DNA from: Octopus sinensis
Lineage: Eukaryota
Assembly: GCF_006345805.1 (NCBI RefSeq)
Contig: NC_043005.1
Coordinates: forward strand, 84,878,001-84,942,000
Direction of reading: 5' to 3'
DNA: 64,000 bases
Shown here in pieces: positions 51,619 to 64,000 of the stretch (its first letter is position 1; every line of letters begins with the position of its first letter). Below the pieces are notes generated by a model that searched no databases, had not been told where the DNA came from, and saw nothing but the letters and a program-made list of their open reading frames with translations. The position numbers and the translations under genes are program-made.

Positions 51619-52304
51619 GTATGTGTGTGTGTGTATATATATATATACATGCACACATGTATATTTACATATGCATATATACATATAATATACATATCTA
51701 CATATAATATACATATCTACATATTTATATATACTCATACACACATATATATATATGTATGCATATATACATATATCTACACCTGTATCAATATCTATTA
51801 CCTTGTGTATGTATGTGTTTATCTATCTATCTGTATGTCTGTCTATCCGTCTATCTGTCTGTCTATCTATCTATATAATATACACATACACACACACACA
51901 CATGCTGACATATATATACATGCATACATAAACACATACATATCCACATATATACACCCATACAACTATACAATTACAAACACAAACACATACCAAACTG
52001 CCAGCACAGCGACTTGCTTGCATGTACAAATACAACATTTCAAGCTATGAAATTTATAACTTTTATGTTCGCAATCAAAGCCGTAAATTACATTAATCAT
52101 TAGTCATTAGTCACTAGTTTGTAGGTTTACATATTTGTTGTTTGTTGTTGATTGCAACTTTTTGTTGTTTTCTTAAATTTTGGTGTTTGTTTATTTGTCT
52201 ATTAATGGTCTTATTTTATGGGTTGGTACAATCTGTTTAAAACTCTCTGTTTTATGATGTACTTCACAAATATTTACATGTGGATATATACATATATACA
52301 CACA

Positions 52305-52344
<40 letters not shown>

Positions 52345-52699
52345 CATGTATGTATCGTGGCATCAGTGCCAGGTAGTGATTAGGTATAAACAAACTTTAA
52401 GTTAATTAAAATATGTTTGTGACATATTTAAACTTCTAAAGGCAAATTCACTACAGTTACCATGGAGAAAAAAATTCTCTCTTGTGGTAAAAGTGTGGAA
52501 ACATATCTGTCCAGTGTAAAAACATCATATCTGGCCAAGAAGATACCCAGATGCACGTTTCTGGCCCTCGAGTCTTCTTCAATGGGAAATATTGAAGAGA
52601 AATAACCCTAGGCTGATTCTAAGCTGTAGCTTTCTACACAAGTGTATTTTAGGTAACTTGTAATTCATTTATTTCTAATCCCTGTTTAGTGCTGATGCT

Positions 52700-52950
52700 G
52701 CTGTTGCTGTTGCTGTTGAGTGAACGGTCTTCATCCCAGAGCTCGCAAGATGGGAGAAGTCCAAAATGTGGTCCTTTGCTATTCGTAAGACCCGCAGAAG
52801 AGAAAGCAGGTCAACCCCTGACACCGAGAGCATCGACGGATGGATGAATGTGCATCCAGGCTCAAGGGTTGCATAGAAAGTTGGGGACAAGAAACAGGAA
52901 GAAATAATACCTTAGTGTCACTTTGATGGCATGCACTGATCTCTCACTCA
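52700..52950 (+). mobile_element. Interspersed element sharing its 3' end with the 550-bp element
   Basis: 52914-52950 matches the reverse complement of 2305-2341 at 36/37 and is followed by (AAT)n. Confidence 0.55.
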
Positions 52951-53047
<97 letters not shown>

Positions 53048-53084
53048 TAATTACACCAACAAACACCCACCAATAGTAATAATA

Positions 53085-53300
53085 ATGGCTTCAAATTTTG
53101 TCACAAGAGCAGCCATTTTGGGGGAGGCTATTTAGTTGATTACATCGACCCCAGTGTGTAACTGGTACTTAATTTATCAACCCCGAAAAGATGAAAGGCA
53201 AAGTCAACCTGGGCAGAATTTGAACTCAGAACTTTGCGTCAGACGAAATACCAATAATCATTTCACCTAACATGCTAACAATTCTGCTAGCTTACTGCCC

Positions 53301-53356
<56 letters not shown>

Positions 53357-53931
53357 GTAATAATAATAATAATAATAGTAATTATTTTAATTTCTTTATT
53401 GCCCACAGGGGGCTAAACATAGAGGGGACTAACAAGGACAGACAAGGGGATTAAGTTGATTACTTCGACCCCAGTGATTAATTGGTACTTATTTAATTGA
53501 CCCCGAATGGATGAATGGCAAAGTCGACCTTGGCAGAATTTGAACTCAGAACGTAACGATAATGATGATCATGATGATCATGGGTGTGATGATAATGATA
53601 GTTATTTTACAACATAGATTGAAGGCCTGATATTTTGGTGGAGTGGGTCCAGTGGGTTACATTAGCCCCTGTGCTCAACTGCTACTTAATCTATTGACCC
53701 TGAACAGGAAAACAAAAAGGCAAAATTGACTTTGACAGGGTTTGAACTCAGAACATTAAGAGCTGGAAGAAATGACTCTAAGCATTTTGGCTGGTGTCCT
53801 AATAACTCTGTCAGATCACCACCACCACCACCACCGCCATCACCACCGCCACCACCACCACCACCACCACCACCACCACCACCACCACCACTACAACTAC
53901 TACTACCACCACCACCACCACCACCACCACC

Positions 53932-53976
<45 letters not shown>

Positions 53977-54190
53977 AACAACAACAACAACACTCCTACC
54001 AATAATAATAATGATAATGATGATTGTTTGTAATTGAAGCACAAGGGCAGAACTCTGGTAGGGAACATGTTAGACCCTTATATTTAATCCTGGTAGCTGA
54101 CAAGTATTTTATTTTATAAACCCCATCCCCAGAAAATAAAAAACACAAGTGACTCTGGTGAGATTTGAACTCAGAACATAAATGAACATA
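53085..54190 (-). mobile_element. Array of about four family-B SINE copies, all on the minus strand, separated by microsatellites
   Basis: Repeated ctggtactt..atcgaccccgaaaggatgaaaggcaaagtc..gaatttgaactcagaac blocks at ~53.1k, 53.45k, 53.65k and 54.1k. Confidence 0.7.
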
Positions 54191-54949
54191 GTTAAATATC
54201 ACAAGGGGTTTTTTTTTGTCTGATAACCTTTATGAATCCTGGTGGTGATTTATTCAACAACTATAAGGTTGAAGAGGGTTGTTTCTATTCAGATTTGTAC
54301 ACGTGAAAGAGGACCTCTGTAAAACAAATGAAAGGCAGCCAAGTGTATGAAAGCACTTAAACGGAGGAAGAGCCTGTAGCATCGCTTCCTCTCTTCTATC
54401 TTATTCTTGCTCCATTAAATTAAAAGCCTTTGCCAAAATAATAATGTATTTTTCATGTTTCATTGTTGCTCGATTGCTGTCAGGCACAGAGAACAAAGGA
54501 ATATCAAGCCCTTTTTAACACAAGACCTAAGATTGTTCTTGGTCTCATTTAACAAACACCCCTTCAACTCCATTTAAATCTAAATGTTCATATTTAAATG
54601 GCAACACAATAAAACTCTTATATTTCTTCCAGAAGAGATGTTGTTTTAGTTTAGTGCCAGCTCCACTCTTATGTTCAACAAACCAATGATCAAAACCATT
54701 CTAGTTCTAAAGATCTTGTCTTCCTTTCAGGTGATGCATCAATGGTTTCATTATTCAAGACATCCTTATTTTCTTACGACAGTAGGGGCAGTTTTTCGGC
54801 AGGATTTGGCGGCTAATTTTACCATGTGAATCACCCACCTTGGTTTCAAATTTCAGTACAAGGCTAGCTATTTAAGGGGAGGGGCCCAGTCGATTACATT
54901 GGCCTCAGTGATCAACTGATACCTATTTCATTGACACTGAAATAATTAA

Positions 54950-55172
54950 CCCATTAAGTCCCACTGTCCTATAAATAGGACACGAAACGAGAACATTAAA
55001 TAAGCTATATCACATTGTCTCAGTGTCCTATTTATAGGACACCAAGTATTTCCATTTCTACTTGAAGTAAAGGAGTTTTAATAATTATTTTTTTCATTTT
55101 AATCTATTTTCAATCATCTGTAAGCATTTAAAAGTAATCTTCAGAAATTTAAGTACTCTGGGACTTAATGGG
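54950..55172. mobile_element. piggyBac-type MITE inserted into a family-B SINE
   Basis: TTAA TSD at 54946-54949 and 55173-55176. Perfect 14-bp TIR cccattaagtccca / tgggacttaatggg. The SINE resumes with aggcaaagttg. Confidence 0.85.
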
Positions 55173-55581
55173 TTAAAGGCAAAGTTGATTTTGGTAGGTT
55201 TTGAACTCAGAATGTAAACACAGATGAAATGCAGCTAAGCATTCTACCTGGCATGCTAATAATTCTGTCAGTTTGTGCTCTTGTTAATCATCTGTATTGG
55301 CTGGTATTTCTAGATAAAATATCTTTGTTGTTTCACCCTGGGTCAAGCCAGGAAAATCCTACCACTGGTACCATTGGAAGCCCGTACTACCTGTGTCAGC
55401 ATTGGGTGGTCAGTGACTCAACTGCCCACTCCCTCATTAAGTTTTCCCGGTGAGGAAGGTATTGTGAACCTGTCAAAGGAGAGAGGAACAAGATTGTCTG
55501 AAACAGCTGTAAGGCTATAATGCCCAAGCACAAGTATTGAGCCCATTATTTATACTTACATATACATACAATTACACACAT

Positions 55582-55622
<41 letters not shown>

Positions 55623-55814
55623 TATAGGTTTAGTGATGCAAACAGGTAAAGTACAACTGAAAACAAGAGTGTATATATATTTTTATTAATGTTTTGCAGA
55701 ATTACAGAGTGATTCGAAAGTGTTGTGCATCGGCACTAGTTTGATATATAGCAACACGCACAAAGTCCTCAGCCCTTGAGTCACTCTGTAACTTCTGGCA
55801 CATTTTAATAAAAC

Positions 55815-55865
55815 ACATCATCATCATCCTCATCATCATCATCATCGTCATCATCATCGTCATCG

Positions 55866-55897
<32 letters not shown>

Positions 55898-56048
55898 GTC
55901 ATCATCATCATCATCGTCATCATCATTATCATCATCATCATCATCGTCGTCATCATCATCATCATCATCATCGTTGTCGTCGTCATCATCATCATCACCA
56001 TCATCACACCATCACATCACCATCATCATCATCACCATCATTATCATC

Positions 56049-56079
<31 letters not shown>

Positions 56080-56101
56080 CCATCATCATCATCACCGTCA
56101 C

Positions 56102-56155
<54 letters not shown>
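55815..56155. repeat. (ATC)n microsatellite
   Basis: Seen directly. Confidence 0.95.
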
Positions 56156-56957
56156 TTGTTCTCCATGCTGGCAGGCATCGGACAGTTTAACAGGATCTAG
56201 CAAGCTGGAGGTTTGCACCAAGTTCCTCTTTCTGTTTTGGCACAGTTTTATACAGATGGATGCCCTTCCTAACACCAGCCCCACTTTACAGAGTGTCCTG
56301 GGTGCTCTTTATGTGAAACCCACCCAACAAGATATCCAAGTCACCCCCTTTTAAGTTTACCCCACACACACCTTTCTGTACACACACAAGATATTTCTGC
56401 TGAAAATATTAAATTCCTGTTTTCTCTATGAAGCAACTACTTACAGCAAAATCAGTTTGAGATATCTTGAGAATAAAGACCTCCTTCAGATTATGGTTGA
56501 GGTCTCATTTGTACATCCATAGTTGTTTATTCCTTATAAAAGTAACTGTAGGTAATCAATACTTATCCTATTTGTTTTGATGTTGTGTTTGAGTGTTACC
56601 CATGTAAACAACATAAACTATGGAATAACATTGAAGACATAATTGAACCATTTAACTTTATGAAACAATTTTCTGGAAATCTTTAAATTTAGACTTAAAT
56701 AAAGAAAAAGATATTTATAAAGTGTGAATGTGTGGAATTTCTGTGTATTTTTTTTTGTTTTCAAAACTTGGTAAACGAATGGTAAGAAAATTAATTTAAT
56801 TAGTATGTATTTCAAGAGCTGTTAGCTAAATAGCTTGTTAAACGCATGCAAAACAACTTAATCTTGCTATTACTGCTTTAAAAAAACAACAAAAACTTAT
56901 GATATATATACACGTTTACACTGGAACCCAAACGTATGTAGTTTTATCTCTAATTTA

Positions 56958-57021
<64 letters not shown>

Positions 57022-57036
57022 ATATATTATATATAT

Positions 57037-57073
<37 letters not shown>

Positions 57074-57493
57074 GAATATAACACACATATACATGCATAC
57101 CTATTTTCTTATGAAAATGCAAGAGAATCCATATGTACATATACATGCACATATATATGTCTTTACATATGTATATATGTATGTGTGTATATATATATAT
57201 ATAGATGCATTCATACATACATACATACATACACATAAATCCATTTATCCATCAATATTTTCTTATATATATATATTTATGTATGTGTGTGTGTATACTT
57301 ATATACATGTATATATTCATATATGTGCATACACATATATGTGTGGGTGTATATATATGTGTGTGTGGATGTATGTACGTAGTATGAATGAATATATATG
57401 CATAAATCATTATGCAGAAGGTGATTACGACAGCGAATCAATCGATGCAGTGTGTGTGTGTATGTGTGTGTGTGTGTGTGTGTCTACATATAT

Positions 57494-57546
<53 letters not shown>

Positions 57547-57829
57547 ATGGTGATGATGATCCAAGATAAGGAAATATTGTCTGCAGCCAATGAAGCAAAC
57601 TCATATTTATGCTCTGTTATGTCGTTTCTTAAATTCAATTCCAAACACTGACTTAATATATTTAATCAATAAATGCCAAGACAATATAGAAGCCTCTACA
57701 ATGTCACTCAATGTGCTAGAAATAACAACCAAACTCCCTCGAATCTGATCCAACTTTTCATCATCATCATCATCATCGTCATCGTTGTCGTCATTTAATG
57801 TCTGCTTTCCATATGATAGAAAAAACATC

Positions 57830-58075
57830 CATCCAAGGCGGGAAGTTGGCACAATTGTTAACACGCTGGGCGAAATGCTTAGTGGTATATCGTCTGCCAC
57901 TACGTTCTGCGTTCAAATTGTGCCAAGGTCGACTTTTCCTTTCATCCTTTCGGGGTCCATTAAATAAGTACCAGTTATGCACTGGGGTCGATATAATCGA
58001 CTTAATCCATTTGTCTGTCCTTGTTTGTCCCCTCTGTGTATAGCCCCTTGTGGGCAGTAACGAAATAAGAAAGAG
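57830..58075 (+). mobile_element. Family-B SINE, well preserved
   Basis: aaggcgggaagttggcacaatt..gttcaaattgtgccaaggtcgacttttcctttcatcctttcggggtc. Confidence 0.8.
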
Positions 58076-58149
58076 CATCCATCCATTTTCTTTGCCCACA
58101 ATCTTTGGGAGGATTCACTGGGGTAGTGTCCTCAAGCACATCTTCCACA

Positions 58150-58345
58150 TGGCCCTTACAGAGCACAACCTTTGTTACACTTTTCCAACCATATTCCCAA
58201 GGGTGACTGACTGAGACTTGGGATAGTATCCAACCATTTTGTTCTTGGTGTATCCTTAAGGCTCCTGCTTGTTGGCTCAGCTCGAAGAATCCATCTTGTA
58301 ATTCTTTCCTCTGACAATCTAATCACATGTCTGTTGTACTGGAAC
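58150..58345 (-). mobile_element. RTE-clade LINE C-terminal fragment
   Basis: Reads YNRHVIRLSEERITRWILRAEPTSRSLKDTPRTKWLDTI, matching W.GHV.RM...R...RGRPR.RW.D of RTE. Confidence 0.6.
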
Positions 58346-58795
58346 TGTGACCTCTCAATCACTAGTGTAGTTGGTGGGGGGTTAGGAACAGTCCGCCCCC
58401 AAGCAGAACCTTTGGATATGTGTATTTTGTGGGGTCCGGGGAGAGCAAGTGGAAGGGCTGTCCTGGGTGGCATGCACTCTAGCTATGCTAGTGCTCTCAA
58501 TGCAGACGAGAAGCAGCTCAACCTGCAAAGAATTCCTTTTCTTTGAGCTCCACATTCTGTCAAATAATATTACTCTAAAGATCCTATGAAGGGACTCCAT
58601 TTTGGCCAATTGTACATAGGTGCAGGTGTAGCTGTGTGGTAAGAAAATAGCTTCCAAACCACATCGTTCCAGGTTCAGTCTCACTGCATGGCACTTGGGC
58701 AAGTTTCTTCTACTATAGCCTCAGGCCGACCAAAGCCTTGTGAGCCGATATGGTTGATAGAAACTGAAAGAAGCCTGTAGAATTATATATGTATT

Positions 58796-58826
<31 letters not shown>

Positions 58827-58849
58827 CTATATATCATCATTATCATCAT

Positions 58850-59362
58850 CATCATCATCATCGTTTAACGTCTGTTTTCCATGCTGGCATGGGTTGGACG
58901 GTTCGACTAGGGTCTGGAAAGCCAGGAGGCTGCACCAGGCCTCAATCTGATCTGGCAGTGATTCTACAGCTGGATGTTCTTCCTAACGTCAACCATTCTG
59001 AGAGTATGGGGAGTCAGTTGTGGGTACTGGCAATGACCATGTCCGAATGGTACTTTTTACATGTCACTGGTACAGGAGTCAGTCAGGTGCCACTGGCATT
59101 GACCACACTTGAATGGTAGTTTTTATGTGTCACTGGTAAAGAAGCCAGTCAGGTGGAAGTGATAATGACCAAACTTGAATGGTGCCTTTTGTGTGCCACC
59201 AGAGTGGAAGCCAGTCAGGCAGCACTGGCAACGACTATGCTTGAATGGTGCTTTTTATGTGGCACCAGCATGGGAGCAAGTCAGGGGGATCTGGCATCGA
59301 CCATGTTTGAATGGTGCTTTTTACTTGCCACACTTTTTACGTGCCACACTTAAATGGTGCTT
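58850..59362 (-). mobile_element. Family-C element with a ~65-bp minisatellite (about five units)
   Basis: catcatcgtttaacgtctgttttccatgc (reverse 3' end), followed by repeated gccagtcaggc..actggcaa.gacca..cttgaatggtgctttttatgtg units at ~59010-59345. Confidence 0.75.
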
Positions 59363-59955
59363 TAATAATAATAATAATAATGGCTTCAAATTTTGGCACA
59401 AGGCCAGCAATTTGGTAGGAGGACATAAGTTAATTACATCAACCCTGGTACACAACTGGTACTTTATTTTATCGACTCTGAAAGGATGAAAGGCAAAGTC
59501 AGCCTTAGCAGGATTTGAACTCAGAATGCACTAAGCATTTTGCCCAACATACTAACAGTTCTGCCAGCTCGCCGCCTCGTTCCAAACCAATATATAAACA
59601 ACAGGTTTAAATCTTCAATGAGACCCTTTGCTATCTTTAAACACTTCACCATTATAGTTTCCTGCGATGCTATTTAGACAAAGGGTCCATTTAGTAGTGC
59701 TCACTTTATTCACAACAAAATCTAAATAACACAAACAACAACAATAACAAAAACGAACAAAAAAAATAAAATAAAAGACAAGCAAGAACCAACCTAATAT
59801 TCAGTTTCAAATACCAAATTCCAATTTCAGAATCGTTTCCATCAATCTTTCATGAAAATGGAAGAATTACTTTCAGTTTTCTTTTTCAATATTTTTTCAT
59901 GTAAACTTATTTTTTTATATTTTGTGTCTACCTACATTATTATTATTGCTGATAC

Positions 59956-60009
<54 letters not shown>

Positions 60010-60070
60010 CATCACCACTATCATCATTAATATTATTATCATCATTATCATCATCATTGTCATCACCGCG

Positions 60071-60135
<65 letters not shown>

Positions 60136-60284
60136 CATCATCATCATCACCACTATTGTCATCATTATTATTATCACCACCAACATTATCATCATCGTTA
60201 TTACTATTAACCGCCCCACCATCACCATCATCATCATCATCATCATCACAATGATTATTATTATTATTACTATTATTATTATTA

Positions 60285-60327
<43 letters not shown>

Positions 60328-60679
60328 GAGTTTCAGAAATTTGTTCCGGAAAAGCAACCAAAGAGAATTTGTCTCTGATAACATTATTTTTCTCTTGTTG
60401 TTTTGTTTTATTTTATTTTATTTTTTTAATTTTTAAAAAATTTTTTGTTGCTTTGTGTTTTCGTTGTTGTTTTTTTTCTTTTCTTTTTCTAGTTATTATT
60501 GTGTTTTGTGTTTGAAGTCGCTTCTCGTCTGATAAATTAATTTTATTAAACATCTTGTCCTCAGAAGCCCTCCAGTTTTTAGCGATGTCAGTTGCTGTTA
60601 CTCTTAACCCATGCTGTTGTTGTTGTTGTTGTTGTTGTTGCTGCTGTTAATGTTAATATTACGTTAGTTACTGTTATTG

Positions 60680-60983
60680 CTAAAATACACACACACACAC
60701 ACACACACATACACTGATGTATACACACACATATACTAAGCTGCACATAGACACATACAGATATATTTCTGTACGTATACACACATATGCATACACATAC
60801 ATATATACATATACACTCGCATACAAACATACTGATGTATACATGCATACACACACACACGCACACACAGACATACATGCATATATTCATACAGAGATGC
60901 ACATACATGTACACACACATGTGTACACGCATTGTACACGCACACTTACTCTCTTACACAAACACTCACAGACACATACAATG

Positions 60984-61016
<33 letters not shown>

Positions 61017-61495
61017 CACTCACATATGCATATATTCATACACACACATGTACACTCAAACATGCACACACAATCACACACACACATACTCACCCCTATA
61101 CACACACTTACATATGCATATACTCTCACACATACATACACATATGCACACACACACTCACTCACTCCCACACACGCACACAATCACACATTCATTCACA
61201 CACATTGACTCTCAGACACACAATGACGCACACACACAATGACACACACAATCACACATAGACACAATCACATACACACTCTCACACACACAATCACACA
61301 CACACTCATACACACACAATCACACACACACTCATACACACAATGACACACACAATATCACACACACACACACACACAATCACAATCACACTCACACACA
61401 TGTACACTTATACACACTCACACACACACACACACACACACAAATACACAATGACACACACAATCACACACATACACTCACACACACACTGTAAG
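60680..61495. repeat. Degenerate (CA)n-rich tract
   Basis: Seen directly. It is the source of the H/T-rich and V/C-rich ORFs. Confidence 0.9.
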
Positions 61496-61867
61496 ACAAT
61501 GCTTCTTTACTTCACAGCATCATTTTATTTAATTAGCAACTGTAGCTTTATGCTGGTAATTATTTTAATTTAAATTTAAAAGAAGATAAAATTAAATATT
61601 GAAACTATATATAAAAACAAAAACAAAAAATAATATATAAGCTGAAGCAAAGCAAATAAAAAAATGAAAAACAAAAAACAAATGACCAAAGAAGCAAAAA
61701 CACTACAACAACAACAACGACAACGACAACAATATCAATATCAAACACGAAGAAAAGTTAACGAAAGAAGTAAGGACATAAAAGTGTGTTGGTCGTAATT
61801 TCTTATTGAAATTAACTATTTCTGAATTTAATTGAGATATAATTTTACAATATAAGTTCAAAAGAAG

Positions 61868-61899
<32 letters not shown>

Positions 61900-62072
61900 A
61901 GGGAGGGAGGGGGATGAGAAAACGAGATGTTAAAAATATAACAAAAATGTGAAATTAGAAGTGTATATATATGTGTCTGTATGTATGTATATGTACAGAG
62001 GTGTATATATGTATGTATATAGATGTATATATATATATATGTCTCTCTCTCTGTATATATATATTTATCTCT

Positions 62073-62134
<62 letters not shown>

Positions 62135-62139
62135 GTATG

Positions 62140-62174
<35 letters not shown>

Positions 62175-62584
62175 ATGTATCTAATGGAATGAAAGAAAGA
62201 ATGATAGAGATGTAAGAACTGATGAAGAATTGTACAAGTATCTTTGTGGTTTGATTTCTTGATTCCAATTCACAAATACAAATTTCTCAATTTTTGTTTT
62301 CTACATAAACATTCTCCAAATTCTACTGATATCAATGAAAGAAGGAAACTACCATGCAGCCTCACAATCTGCGAAAATAATAGCCAAATATCACCATGCA
62401 CTTAGGATTTGCAGTCTTAACGAAAAGGAAGATAGAGCAGATTGCATGACATAGTCTTATATATGGAATGACTGTGGGATGACAATAATATAAGATGCTA
62501 TGAACACAATAATATAAGATACTATGATCGTAATAATATAAGATGTGATCATAGCATCTTATATTATTGTGATCATAGCACCTT

Positions 62585-62930
62585 CATCATCATCATCATC
62601 ATCGTTTAACGTCTGCTTTCCATGCAGGCATGGGTCGGACGGTTCAACTGGGGTCTGGGAAACCAGAATGCTGCGCCAGGCCCAGTCTGATCTGGCAGTG
62701 TTCCTACAGCTGAATGCCCTTCCTAACACCAACCACTCCGTGAGTGTAGTGGGTGCTTTTTATGTGCCTCTGGCACAAGTGCCAGATGAGGCTAGCAAAT
62801 GGCCACGATTGGATGGTGCTTTTTACATGCCACCGGCACGGAGGCCAGACGACGCTGGCAATGGCCACAATCGGATGGTGTTTTTTATGTGCCACCGGCA
62901 CGGAGGTCAGTCGGGGCGGCGCTGGCAACC
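62585..62930 (-). mobile_element. Family-C RTE-tailed element
   Basis: Same 3' end and minisatellite units as 58850-59362. A further copy lies at 63622-63845. Confidence 0.75.
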
Positions 62931-63442
62931 TTATATTATTATAATAATATAAGATTTTATGATCGTAATAATATAAGAATAAACCATTTTACATGTCTGT
63001 ATTAGCGTATATGTTATGAACTACATAATACTATTGTACAATTTATAAGGTAAAGAAGGCTTGCTCATCAGATCAAAGAATATCACGGTTACATCCATTC
63101 ATCAGGTCAATATTTACTTATAAAGGCAGTAAGACATCTGGGAAGTAATTACTCCTAATGAAATAATCTTTAATAATTGGATTTACTGAATTTCAGCTGC
63201 ATAGTACTCTGCATTATATCCTTTTCTTTTGGTTTTGTTTATTAGAATGTGGTTTGTAGCCTGATCCATTGAAGGATCTTTTTTGTGAGTATCATTGAAT
63301 AAGCTAAATTCATATATTGTACATTAAATATATATTTATGTATGTATGTATGTATGTATGTATGTGTATGTATGTATGTCCGTCTGTCTATCTATCTACC
63401 TATCTATGTATCTATCCCTCTCTCTCTCTCTCTCTCTATCTG

Positions 63443-63491
<49 letters not shown>

Positions 63492-63496
63492 TATAT

Positions 63497-63619
<123 letters not shown>

Positions 63620-63856
63620 TCCTCATCATCATCATTGTTTAACGTCTGTTTTCCATGCTAGTATGGGTTGGACGGTTTTACCAGGGTCTGGAAAGCCAGG
63701 AGGCTGCACCAGGCTCCAGTCTAATCTGGCAGTGTTTCTACAGCTGGATGCCCTTCCCAACGCCAACAACTCCGTGAGTGTAGTGGGTGCTTTTTACGAG
63801 TCATCGGAACTGGTGCCAGGGGAGGCTGGTATCGGCCACATTCGGATGAGAAGAGA

Positions 63857-63909
<53 letters not shown>

Positions 63910-64000
63910 ATAGAAAGATGAAAGATATGTATATAAACTGGAATTTTTAACATTAATAATACAGGTGAGATGACGATGTGGCAGAATCGTTAGCACCTTT

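Noticed and set aside
58990-59345. ~65-bp repeat array as a CRISPR-like structure
   Set aside because: The whole unit is degenerate, with no constant-repeat/unique-spacer pattern. It is an internal minisatellite of the family-C element in a eukaryotic genome.
63055-63110. Two minus-strand CTGATGA heptamers (also 39590, 40268, 15277)
   Set aside because: None has a stem II followed by GAAA and a pairable stem I/III, so they are chance matches.

Overview
This is an AT-rich, repeat-saturated animal genomic window. Its SINE, microsatellite and MITE content strongly suggests a cephalopod, most likely Octopus (inference). I cannot support any intact host protein-coding gene. Almost all entries in the ORF track are translations of (TA)n, (CA)n, (ATT)n, (ATC)n or (TTTC)n microsatellites. 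The real coding remnants are all decayed retroelements: RLE-type non-LTR elements (R4/Dong-like), RTE, CR1-like and a Penelope GIY-YIG tail. At least five tRNA-headed or LINE-tailed SINE-like families, hAT and piggyBac-type MITEs and a Helentron-type element are also present. The most interesting signal is a set of type I hammerhead ribozyme (HHR) motifs from about six unrelated repeat families. One family is a non-autonomous element built as tRNA-like Pol III head, then (AAT)n spacer, then minimal Penelope-type HHR, then tail. It occurs three times (17.6k, 43.5k, 50.3k), each time with an inverted partial copy of itself on its 5' side. All ribozyme calls are hand-folded and untested. Coordinates of decayed repeats are approximate.
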